This document shows, one piece after another, positions 1-11,074 of a stretch of 64,000 nucleotides of DNA. Positions within the stretch are counted from its first letter, which is position 1. Every line of letters starts with the position of its first letter. Position numbers and translations under genes: made by a program. Source of the stretch: Lingula anatina (Eukaryota > Animalia > Brachiopoda); NCBI GenBank assembly GCA_051362555.1, contig CM120642.1, positions 11,098,001 to 11,162,000 on the forward strand, read 5' to 3'. The notes beneath the pieces are model-generated. The model had not been told where the DNA came from. It made no database searches and worked only from the letters and a program-made list of their open reading frames with translations.

Positions 1-1612
1 GAGATATGCAAACTTTACAAGGCAGCCAGTGGCTGAATGACAAAGTAAGTACTCAACAATTAAACAAATTTAGGAATAATTAAGGGATAGTTTCAACAGT
101 TAAAATGATTTATGATATGTCTATTACCTTGACAGTAGTAATTTCCATCAATTAGATGTATATATTCTCTTTATGTACAACCAGATATTTTTATTTTTTT
201 TTAAAATATCAAATTTATACATTGGATACACAGTGTGTGCTTGCTCTGATCCTGTGAGTCAAGGTTTAAATGTATATATGAAGTGGGTCAATTTATTTTG
301 TAGGTCATCAATGCTTATATGAATGTCATCAAAGAAAAGCATGAAGGTATTTTCACAATACCCTCCTATGCAGCTGTCCTTTGGGACCAAGGGCGCTTCA
401 ATCAATACCTGTTTCCACATGTAGGTGAAGATTTCACACTAGTCATTTAGTGCATTTATTTTAAAGATAAAAAATGTACCCATGGTTTCAGTGTTGCTGC
501 CACTGTGATAATATTAAAGTCAAGGCTGATTTGTAGCCAAGGCATTTAGAAAACAGTTTCCAACTTGCATCCATCTTATTCTAACCTTCAGCCAATCAAA
601 TAATTTCAGGATGTTGAAAAGGCATACAGTATACACTTGTTCTTCATATGAAAGTAATAATAGTCTATGTTAAATATGTCATGAGTAATACATGTTAAAC
701 GGCTATATCAAAATGTTTCTTGCTTGCTCTTTGCGCAATATTACTGTTAATTAGTTTTTCAATTACATTCAGGTGAAATTCTCTGAATACAGATGGGTTT
801 TCCTACCTATTTGTGTGCAACATCACTGGGTGTTGCTTGCAGCTCACATACAGACTCGCACTGTTGTTGTACTTGATTCCCTTTATGACGGCAGATTTGA
901 CCACTACATTGATAAATGGAGGTAAGCTTCTTACACATACATGTATAAGTACATAAATGTATCAGAATACCAAAAGCAGTTAAATGCATTTCCCAGATTC
1001 TATCAAAAATGGCATGATTTTACAGAACCACACTGTTGACATATAGTTATTTGTTTGCAGGTACATTAATGGATTCAATTATTAGTTTGGAATTTAAAAA
1101 CAGATTTGTGTTCAATACATACCTATATTATTTTCTTTGAATTTTAAGAACATACATGAAGATCAGAGGGGAAGATAACCAGAATTGGACCAAAGGGCAA
1201 ATGAAGTCCTCAAAACAAAATGATGGACATAGCTGTGGTCTCTTTGTTTTACTTGTGAGTTACTTTTGGACTGTTTCATGAAAATTATATTGATAATTGC
1301 ATTTTTAGACGACTGGAATTGTATGAAGGAAATATATAAATACCACCTATTTTCTTTCCTTAAGGAATTTAACTAGATTAAAAGAATTACTATTAAACAA
1401 CTGAGAAGTAATGGTTATTGACTGCTCAATATTCTCATTATGCTGCATTTCTTATTGAAATTATTTTATAATGTTGAATACTTTAAATTAACTCTTTTCA
1501 GAATGCCCTCACCCTATCCAAGAATATGGACTTAAAGTCAGAAAGTATCAACAGCAGTGACACTGCTAACATGAGGAAGCATGTCCAGCAAGCTTTCCTT
1601 CAAAGACTCTGA
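1..1612 (+). CDS. Ulp1/SENP-family (C48) cysteine protease, 5' end outside the window; possibly transposon cargo
   Basis: Phase-compatible GT-AG exons <1-44, 304-420, 773-921, 1149-1254, 1502-1612 give DMQTLQGSQWLNDK-VINAYM...FLPICVQHHWVLL...VLDSL...QNDGHSCGLFVL. This contains the WLND motif, the His-Asp-Cys triad and the oxyanion Gln typical of Ulp1. Confidence 0.85.
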
Positions 1613-1776
1613 TCCAGTTCAGTTACTATGTACAGACACAGATGTATCTGTGCATATAGCTGTCACCTTGCTTTATTATACCTCAAACACCAGCATTATC
1701 AACTTTGACTTAACTCCCATCCACCTGAAGCCATGTACATTTTCTGCATTGGTTTATGCAATAATTAATGCTGTTA

Positions 1777-1987
1777 AGGGCCCCTTTACAATGGACGGTG
1801 TCCTTTCTGCGTCCAGCAGTACGGATTCATTTGAGAGTTAAAAAATTAATAATTTACGTGCTGACAACTGACCGATCATTGAGCATTCAATCTGATACAA
1901 AATCAATGGTCGTGTCTCCTTATTAAGACCACAGTGATGCCAAATTTCATGGTCGCAGAAAGGACGCCGTCCAGTGTAAAGGGGGTA
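1777..1987. mobile_element. Short MITE (PIF/Harbinger-like, tentative); deletion derivative of the element at 23716-24450
   Basis: TIRs CCCCTTTACAATGGACGGTGTCCTTTCTGCG ... CGCAGAAAGGACGCCGTCCAGTGTAAAGGGG, flanked by TTA/TAA; the same TIRs occur at 23716-24450. Confidence 0.7.
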
Positions 1988-2236
1988 TAAACATTATGTT
2001 ATATTATTTTATGCACTGTTATAATTTTTTTTCATAATTAATATTCAGGGAATCAATTAATAACACTTGAAGCTATATTGAGAAGATCCAATTTCAATAT
2101 ATTGTATATATATATTTTTAATTTTGCCAGAATCTGTTCTTTAATTTGTGGGCGTGACCAGCAGCCTTTAATATTAGGTGTAGTTTGTTTTGGTTACTTG
2201 GCATGGAGGATATTCTGGTCAGTGTTATGCGCTAGG

Positions 2237-2290
<54 letters not shown>
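2237..2290. repeat. (TA)n microsatellite
   Basis: Directly visible TA run. Confidence 0.95.
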
Positions 2291-2296
<6 letters not shown>

Positions 2297-3299
2297 TGCA
2301 GAATGGAAAAAATTCCTTGGCACTATAAGGTGAAAAGGAATACTGAACTGTACTGTACTATACTGGACTGATTTTGACAGGAGGTGTGTAGGTGGTTATT
2401 TTGCATGCAGAACAAGAGTCAATTGCAGTGGCTTTTGTGTGTAACAATAATAAAGAAAATGATTGAAACCAGTACATGTATATTTCATACATGTAGTTCA
2501 TATGTTTGATAACAGTGCCATATGGAACTTTTTGAAGTCAAACTTCAATTTCTTTGTGGAGAACTGATGTTATAAGAAACGGGAATACTGTACATGCATG
2601 TTCTACTGCAGTTTGAAAATTGAAATTACCAAAATTGCATTTAAATAACTTGCATACTGGTACTGTGTAATATAAAAGTACTATTTGAACATGTAAATAT
2701 GATCAGATTGTTGTCTTATTTTTTTACAGTATATATGTTCAAAAATACTTAGTGCATCCATATCAAACTGCATTTTGTATCAATAAATCATTTTTCTGTA
2801 TATTTGTTTTTCTTTTATACCACAACCATGAAACTTAGAAATGGGTATATTTATTTATTGGGGGGGGGGGGGGGGGGGGGAGAGAGAAGAGAGGGAGGGC
2901 TATCGTAACTGAACAGCTAAACTGAACTGGACATACCAGATTTATTAACTATATACCAGTCTGTAGTAAGAAAAGTTTCAGTCCAGTGTACTGTAATTTC
3001 GCATTGATGGCAGCATCGATGTTGTATTAGTACCCTGGCTGCCACTGACGTCATCAGCATATGATAGGACGCAAGTAGTGCCGACCGCCAGTGACTGTTT
3101 CGAGTGTGACTGTTTATGCCATCAACCTCGTCACTCAGAAGATTGCCTCTTATCAGCTCGTACAGGGAACATATTAGCTATGCCACGACTACCAAGCGCT
3201 GGCTGGCTTCGCATTAAATTTGGAGATGTCTGGCGCTCGCGATGGTTTGAACTTGAACCGCGTCAACTAAAATACTATAGGCGGCAGAGGCAAGTTGGG

Positions 3300-3343
<44 letters not shown>

Positions 3344-3552
3344 GCCGCAAGCCGAGAAAATGCTTGAGTTGGGGGGGGGGCGTGCCCCCCTGCAGATCTT
3401 CATATATTCTACACAACTAGACTGTATAAGTTCAATAGAGACAAGGACTGTAAAGCACATATGTGCTTTACATAGTGTATATGATTGCCAGAGTGCGTTC
3501 TTCTTGCGTTTCTGATAATGGCGGACGCACCCGCGCGGTACGGTACGTTGCT

Positions 3553-3770
3553 TAGAGTGCATTCTCAGAGATTAAGATCGATCCATCCGGATCGACCTAA
3601 CTCCCTGGGGGTTCACGCTAAATTGCAGTCAGCCGAGCGCGCACGACAGTTAATTACCCCCTTACAGCTTTTAGTAGGCGGGACAGACGCTTAAGCCGGC
3701 TAAGCTGACAGTAATCTAGTGAGAATCCCACAGGGATAGATCGATCTAAAATCATTTGGAATGGGGTCTA
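3553..3770. mobile_element. MITE in intron 1 of type A copies (second copy about 18297-18519)
   Basis: Imperfect TIRs TAGAGTGCATTCTCAGAGATTAAGATCGATC / GATCGATCTAAAATCATTTGGAATGGGGTCTA; present in copies 1 and 3 only. Confidence 0.55.
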
Positions 3771-4262
3771 ATAGACCAAGAAGTTATAGAGGCAACCATT
3801 CTACTTTATTCTACTATATTTCAAACTGGTGAGCCGTAGGGCTCAATGGTTTAATAAATTGAAATCGAATGCGCTTTAACAATTGTGTGAATATTTTGAG
3901 AAAATTCCAAGGAATGTGCCATTTGCCATATGTATAATATTTAAACCTGAATGTTATGATAAATACCTTGAGCACCTCTTACTGACACGAAACGAAACCG
4001 AGGGTCCGTGTAACAGAAATAAAAGCCCGACCTCCATATAGCATAATGGTTAGGTTTAGTCTGACCCAAGTGGATCAAAATCTAGGGCGAGGCTCACCAC
4101 TAAAATGAATAGGAAGCGGACTCTCTGTTATGGGGAACTCTGTCACGTTACACCGGCACATATCGTTTTGGTGACAGTGCATTTTATTAACTAATTTACA
4201 TATTTCTAATTATTTCAAAATTACAGAGGTCAAAATGAGAATGATGCACCCGAAGCCATTAA

Positions 4263-6720
4263 AGGGTTTGCTTCATGCCGTCAGAATGGCCTGAACGGAA
4301 CATATTCTTCAGAAAACATGCCCAACTAACGATATCTTTATCCAAATACACAAATTAAAAGCTCATTTTGTAAATTTTTGGCTTTAAAAAACGTCCTATT
4401 TGCTCGGCCTGGGAGTTAATGAGCTACGTGGTCACGTGGTCCAATGACGACAATCGAGCCACTGGAGAACAGAGCGTGCTTAGCTGTCAAACTGAGCTGC
4501 ATTGTCTACCTGTAAGATGACTTCTCTGGCTTCTGATAAAAGTTTATACTCATTCAAATCTCTTACCCGAGGGGTCTAAATCCTCGTGAAGCTGTGTAAA
4601 ACCATTTCCCGTCTAGTCATTTCTTTAACAAGCATTTCATTATGGTTATCCCAAGTTGTATAAAACACTGCATTTGAATGAGTTAAGGGAAATGTTAATT
4701 ATTGCATATGAGGTCCATGTTATTTGTGAAATTCAATTTATTTTATTAAACCGCTGACACTCCGTCTTGCATACTTTTATTAAACTGAGGTAAACAATGC
4801 CCGTTACCTTTACAAGTCCTATCTTAATCATCCATCTACCTGGAACTTCCTTTACCTCTTAATTAGAGGGTTAAATGGCATTCAATTTGTCTTGTTTGTA
4901 TCGAACGCACTCTCTATCTAAGCTTTACTCCAGTTATCTCAGGTAAAAATCTACCTGTGCGTTAGTTACAAAGCGCAGCTCCCGTAGACCTGGGGGTACT
5001 AGATAAAATCTGAACACCAGGTTTATCGAGGAGCTAGTGAAAGAAAGGAAGAATTTTTCCTGCACAACTTCATAGGAATGTTAACACGGACTTGATCCAG
5101 CTTAGACCTCCAAACTAATAGGGTGACATGGGCAATTTTCACAAACAAATCATAAAACTATATTTCAGTTAACCGCCTTTAAAATAAATATACCGTTCTG
5201 GGTAAATTAAAATAGTTATTAAATCGCAAGAATATTTTTGACTTAAATGATGATTTTATTATTAATGGAAATTAAGCTACTATATGAGGTACATTTGCTG
5301 TGATTACGCTGTCCTTCATGTTTTGCGTAAGTCTACATTTTGCTGTATGTGCTTGTAATCTTTTTAAATATGTGCGTACAATTTTTGCAGGTCTGGTAAC
5401 CCCCCTGTTATGTGATGAGAGTATTAATTTGGCAATTAGTTCCTTAGCTTATTTGAATAGAATTGCAGTGTAAAATTTTCAACAAGATGTTGGCGAAATA
5501 GCCCATTACTCTTTGTAGGTATTTCCCCCGTCAAAGTTTGTCTAAAATTATCTTTCAATCTTTACTCTTTCAAAGACAGTATAAAGTTACCTGACATATT
5601 TTCGTGTAAACTTAATGACAAGCCAAGTGTCTCCAGTTCATTCCGTACTCAATTTTACCCAAGCAAATTTTTTTCTTGAGTAGATCTTTATAGCACGTTG
5701 TTATAAGCTTACAAATTTGCAAAAAAAAATTGCGTACTGACGCAGAATTTGCGTTTCAAGTTATAAAATAATCAATATGTTAAATTCTTTAATATTTCAG
5801 ATGAAATAATCTTCAGAAACAAATCCTCAAAGCATAAACGAATTAGGATAACGAACCATTTTATTATAGCAGTTCCCATTTTTTCTTTAATATAACGCTC
5901 TTTTTCCTGTTTTTCCTCAACACGTTTTCTTCCACGGAAGCTTCAAGATACCCTGAGAGCAATTTCTTTTATTAATGTTCGCGACCGTGTTTGAACTTAA
6001 TTGTTTAAGTATTGATATTTAACGTCATTTACAAATACCAATAAAATAACCCCATGAAATAAATGAGATATATTGAAAAATATGAAAGCCCACCAAGACG
6101 AGTTTCATACCTGTTATTACCTGGCTTGGGAATTGCAGCGGTGCATAATTAACAGGTTTGTTGTAAACGAGCTTTTGGGCAACTACAATGCATTTAAAAT
6201 GCATCAGCAATCAGTAAGTTTGCCAACTGATGACAGTTAATCTGAAAGACTACCAGCTCTTGATATGATCTAAACCACCTGAGGTGACCATGATCTAGAG
6301 CATCGCAACTATTGTCACCGAAGTTAGTAAGTAAGTCACGGAAGACCGTCACAGACAAAGAAAGATTGTCAACGAGAGCTGCAATTTTGGTGAATCCCAC
6401 GGCAACACACCGAGGCATAACGAAAATTCCTCAACTCCGTTCAACACAACTTTCCTTAACTTCTCCGTCTGTATGCACCTGCAGCTCAGTTGAGTCTCAT
6501 AGACTTTTATCGTGATTGTCGTCACAGTACCACGTGACCCAGATCTGTTGCTTCATTTTTGCATATTGAGGTGAGGTTTACTAAAACGCTTTTTTTCTAC
6601 TAATAGATTGTTTTTATAATTTTTAAATGGCGGGGATCGATTAAAACATACCTCTAGTGTATAGATTGAGTGCTGTATCTTCAAAATTCGAGAAATGGAT
6701 TTTTACATGAACATTGTCCT
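4263..6720 (-). mobile_element. Non-autonomous Kolobok-like DNA transposon, 2458 bp
   Basis: TTAA TSD at 4259-4262 and 6721-6724; AGG...CCT termini with short imperfect TIRs; subterminal inverted blocks (GTCACGTGG..TGACGACAATC..AACTGAGCTGCA at about 4430-4501, inverse at about 6480-6538); decayed THAP-like start MPRCVAVG on the minus strand at 6418. Confidence 0.75.
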
Positions 6721-7448
6721 TTAAAGACATCACAACCGCCAAGGTGCAGGTGGCCAACGACCAAAATCCACGTAGATTTGAAGTAACTGCTGAAGGAATG
6801 ACATATCAACTGGAGGCGATTTCGGCAGAAGAGAGAGGACTGTGGGTGGAAGCCTTAAAACAGGCCATAGGTATATTATCAGTATAAATGGGGTTATATA
6901 GGCCTACCCGTAGCTGCAGTGCCACTGCAGAAAGATAAGTTAGTGTATCACTTCGTTTACTAGACGTACTGAACACAATTAATATGAGTACATGTACGAT
7001 TGGAATTTGAAAAGGATCTTTACAATAGTTAACGCTCATGCAGTGGGGACACATGATTTATTTCATACCCGACCCGTTTCGTCTGTCATCTGCCTCACCC
7101 TCCTCACGTCGAGCCATATTTTATAGAATCTTTTGTTTTAGAACTATCTTTCAGACGGAGGGTTACAAAGGGGTTCTTTGACTCACTCAGTATGCCTTGT
7201 ATGTGCTTTGATAAACATTTTGAAGATTCTGTGCTCCTTGTATGATTTTGCAATTGAACCAGTTTGGAGAAAATGGTTTTGATCCCTGCTATAAAAAAGA
7301 CGTGTGGAAGACTCAATAAAATTGTTCGGGGAAATGTCTGTGATCTTTGGCACTAAAATATTTTATCAATAGGGTTTAGAAAACAACGAACAGCTACAGC
7401 AAGACCCTTGTCTGCAACAAAACGTGGAAAAGAGTAGAAATATTGTCG

Positions 7449-7480
<32 letters not shown>

Positions 7481-7934
7481 GATGGGGGTCTACAACAAAT
7501 ATCTGTAGATGAGCAAATGATCAACAGAGATACTTAAATTGTGAAAGAAATTACCAGTATGACATTCCGATGTACCTTTACCCTATTGATGAATCTCTTC
7601 AGGGAAGTTTGAGACCTTAAAGGCAGTCTGGAACTAGAAAACAATTAAAATGGACTCCCCTCATGAATCCATTCGTGTGAAAACTTGGGAATCGTAATTT
7701 TTGATGATTCTGTAAATAATGAGTCTCCTAATAATGAGTCTCCTAAAAAAGCAGACATATTGGATGTACAATTTCAGTGTCATTTCCATGAACACAACTG
7801 ATTATCAGTTGAAGTCTTACATGTTTTGAATTGTACAGTTACATGGAATACTCAATACGCATAATCCTATAAATCCATTTTCATTTCCTCAACTGCACAA
7901 ATCATTGAGCTGTTGTGCTACTTTATCACAACAT

Positions 7935-8150
7935 TAATTATGATCTGGAAATGCTCTCAGTATAGCGTAAAAAACCAAACACCACATATCTGACAGCTGT
8001 GTACTTACAACTCTTCTCTGTGGTTCAGAATACTGATCATAACAGAAAAAAGATCTCAGGAAGCTATCTACCATTCACACCTCAAGCCTCAGAAAAATCA
8101 TAGAAATATATGGGCCAAGGACTATATCAAACGAAGATCTGTTAAAACAA
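7935..8150 (+). mobile_element. Decayed RTE-like LINE reverse-transcriptase C-terminal fragment (paralogous copy about 20680-20890)
   Basis: Across frameshifts it reads [12 protein letters not shown]...[33 protein letters not shown].(W/G)[10 protein letters not shown], matching the RTE pattern LLYGSEtW...LRkI..I.W...ISNeeL. Confidence 0.7.
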
Positions 8151-9998
8151 GATAACTAACGAACCATGAGCTTATTCAATGTAAAACTAAAAAGCACTCA
8201 AAGAGCCCAAACCTCTGAAAATATGGCTCAATTCTCAAATTTATGAATTAACTCAATTGTTCTTATTTATTGCTTGACTCATTGATTAGCCAAATTATTG
8301 TAAAATACATTTATTGATTATTAATTAATATTTTTTTTATTTCATTACAAATTTTAAATGATTCATGAATCTTTCTTTTCAGGTCCACGACGTAGTTCAG
8401 GAATCCCGATGATAGTCGGAGGTGTCATCAGCGCGGTAGGGGCTGTTGCTTTAGCCCCAGTCGCTCTAACAGTCGTGGGATTTACCAGCGGCGGGATAGC
8501 CGCCGGATCCATGGCAGCCTCAATGATGAGCAGTGCAGCGATTGCAAATGGCGGAGGTGTGGCGGCGGGCAGTCTCGTGGCGTTGCTTCAGTCGGCAGGT
8601 GTGGCTGGTCTTGGAACGGCAGCAACTGGCGCTGTTGCGACTGTCGGAGGAGCAGCTGGAGCCGCAGTCGTTGGAGTGGGACAAAAAATGTTTAGGTATT
8701 AAAACTCTTTGAGGCCACTATTCGAATATAATTGTCGTAAGATGTTAACAGATATGTTTGACTTTCAAGAAGAAAAACAACTATATCCAAATCAAGACAT
8801 TCACAGTTGTAGTGTACCCTCTGCCAGGGTCACAGATTGACTTTCACTTTATTTTCACAGATATTCCTCTGGCTAATTCATGACACAGTTCTTATTGCAC
8901 AGAACGGTGCATATAATAAGATAGAGAAATAATTATCTTTGAATATTTAATGGAAAATCAATAATGCCCCGGTAGAGGGTATCATTAGCCAACCTTTCCA
9001 AAGCAGTCATTCAAAACTAATTCACATAACATTTAAACAGTAACTATAATAATATAAAGGAATGGTAATTTACGAAAATGAATCAAATTTGGATTCCGCA
9101 ATTTTTCAATCGTTACTTATTGGTTTCTTCGGTTGTAAGGAGTTAAGCCAGTTTTGATTGTTTAAATGCTAATAAAAACGATTAAAATTGAACTGTTGCT
9201 TGTTTCACTAAGTTGAATTTTACTCGGCAATCTTATAGCCCATTTTTAACGTTGAAAAAAAACCTGTCCGTGTTAAAGAAGGTGCAGAAATCGTTTCTTC
9301 CTCCTTTCAAAAGAGTTCTAAAATAACTCATAAACAAAATTTAACAAAGATACCCTTACGGTGTCTTTTTCTGGATTGAAAGCCACTTTTTGAAGGTTAA
9401 GGGCTCTTACTTTGCGCAAAATCAACAGCATGACTTTAAATGAACAAAGAGGCCAAACAAAACCAAAGGCTTCTGTTTTGACACGCCAACAAGGGTCGGG
9501 CAGAAGCACAGCATTACATGGAGAACGTGCTATGCTGTCCCGCAACGGTGTGAACATTCCGTATGTTAACAGGTGCCATATGTAGGTTTGGTATCGTAGG
9601 TGGTAAGCTGTTGATTATGTTTACCATTGGTTCGTTGGTGGTCATTGCCTGTATATCGCCATCGGAATGTTCAGAACATCAAAGCGTCATAAAACAGTTT
9701 CGTTTTATTATAAAACCTAAAATGCAAGTCAAATAGATATAAGGCTATTCGCACATACGTGGCACACTAAAATATCGCGCCATTCACCCTAAATTTTAAT
9801 AAGTCTATCCAATTTCTAGGGCACTTTTTTTTGCTTGTTTTCCTGTCATCTTTGCAACTTTACAAGATCTGCAATCTTTGCATCGAGCTGTGAAGCCGAT
9901 AATTTTGTCCGTTTTTTTCCAATAAGAGAAGCAGTTCCTGAAATTTTAATGTCAAACAGTCTGATAGATGCTGTAGTGAACTTCAAAATTTTTGTCTG

Positions 9999-10047
9999 TA
10001 ATATAATATAATATAATATAATATAATATAATATAATATAATATATA
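9999..10047. repeat. (TAATA)n microsatellite
   Basis: Directly visible. Confidence 0.9.
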
Positions 10048-10295
10048 ACTGGTAAATGATAAAATAAATGGTAAATGATATAAGAAAATGACTATGACAT
10101 AATGTAACGCGGTGTAAAAATTATTTCTTTAAAGAAATATTATTTTTTAAATCAAACTTTGACTAGTTGTATCATAGTTATAAATATCATACAAAATGGA
10201 CCATTCGCCTTCTAAAAGACCCCCCGTTATTGTTTACTTTGAGCCACTAGTAAGTGGACCCCCCCCCCCTTTCAAATAATCCTGGATCCGCTCCT

Positions 10296-10810
10296 GAACA
10301 TTGAATGAAAAAGTATTGCATACAAATGAAACAACATTGAATGAAAATTTGAAACAACACTGAATGAAAAAAAAAAAAAATATATATATATATATATTGA
10401 ATGAAAATTTGAAATATCATCGAATGAAAAAAATTATTGCATACAAATGAAACAACATTGAATGAAAATTTGAAACAACACTGAATGAAAAAAAAAATAT
10501 ATACATTGAATGAAAATTTGAAATATCATCGAATGAAAAAAATTATTGCATAAAAAAATGAAACAACATTGAATGAAAATTTGAAACAACACTAAATGAA
10601 AAAAAAAAAGAATATTGAATGAAAATTTGAAATATCATCGAATGAAAAAAAAAATATTGCATAAAAAAATGAAACAACATTGAATGAAAAATACTGCAAG
10701 AAATATGAGACAACATTGAATCAAAAAAAGAAAAGACTATTGCATGAAAATGTGAAACATTGAAAAACAAAAAATTAAATTGAATGAAAAATATATTTAT
10801 TGAATTTGCA
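10296..10810. repeat. Degenerate TGAATGAAAA / TTGAAACAACA minisatellite upstream of copy 2
   Basis: Repeated units such as AACATTGAATGAAAATTTGAAACAACACTGAATGAAAAAA; a shorter paralogous array lies at about 22778-23050. Confidence 0.85.
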
Positions 10811-11074
10811 ACACATGTCATGCCATTGACTATATATAGCGTCATTAGCGATGACCTGTTTATATACGACCTTCAAAGTAAACGCAACGCACGCGCGCTA
10901 TATTGGGTCTATCCTCATCATCACTTCATGCGGTCGTCTGAGAATCCAAGGGGAGACGCGTGACAAACGTCGACCAACGTCGACCGTGCGAGATTCGTTG
11001 CTGGCATTCCACTTTCTCCACTACCTGGTCAGTGCGAAATCCTGAGATCTTAGAGGGAACATAAAATATTAGCT

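Larger units (their letters stand above)
3180..8702 (+). pseudogene. PH-domain-IFI27/ISG12 fusion gene, copy 1 (type A); exon 2 interrupted by a transposon
   Basis: Exon 1 3180-3289 ([38 protein letters not shown] donor). Exon 2 is split into 4227-4262 and 6725-6870 by a TTAA insertion. Exon 3 8383-8702 has the ISG12 motif [41 protein letters not shown]. Removing the insertion and one TTAA restores a 203-aa frame. Confidence 0.85.

Noticed and set aside
3985-4000. ISRE-like GAAACGAAACC in intron 1 of copy 1
   Set aside because: Not conserved in copy 3 (TAACGAAACC) and created at an indel junction.
4263-6726. Idea that the Kolobok-like insertion is spliced out as a new intron
   Set aside because: The nearest GT (4266) and AG (6725-6726) would leave a +1 frameshift.
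8358-8382. Standalone IFI27 ORFs starting MIHESFFS (also at 15767, 21099, 37637)
   Set aside because: These codons are the intron polypyrimidine tract and AG acceptor; upstream exons join in the correct phase in all four copies.
9318-9557. 79-aa minus-strand ORF MFTPLRDSIARS... present three times (also 22060, 38603)
   Set aside because: Conservation is explained by recent duplication of the flank; no recognisable domain or clear splice structure.
10296-10810. CRISPR-like appearance of the repeat array, and ORF 10543-10845
   Set aside because: Degenerate tandem units without unique spacers, eukaryotic context and no cas genes; the ORF is a low-complexity artefact.
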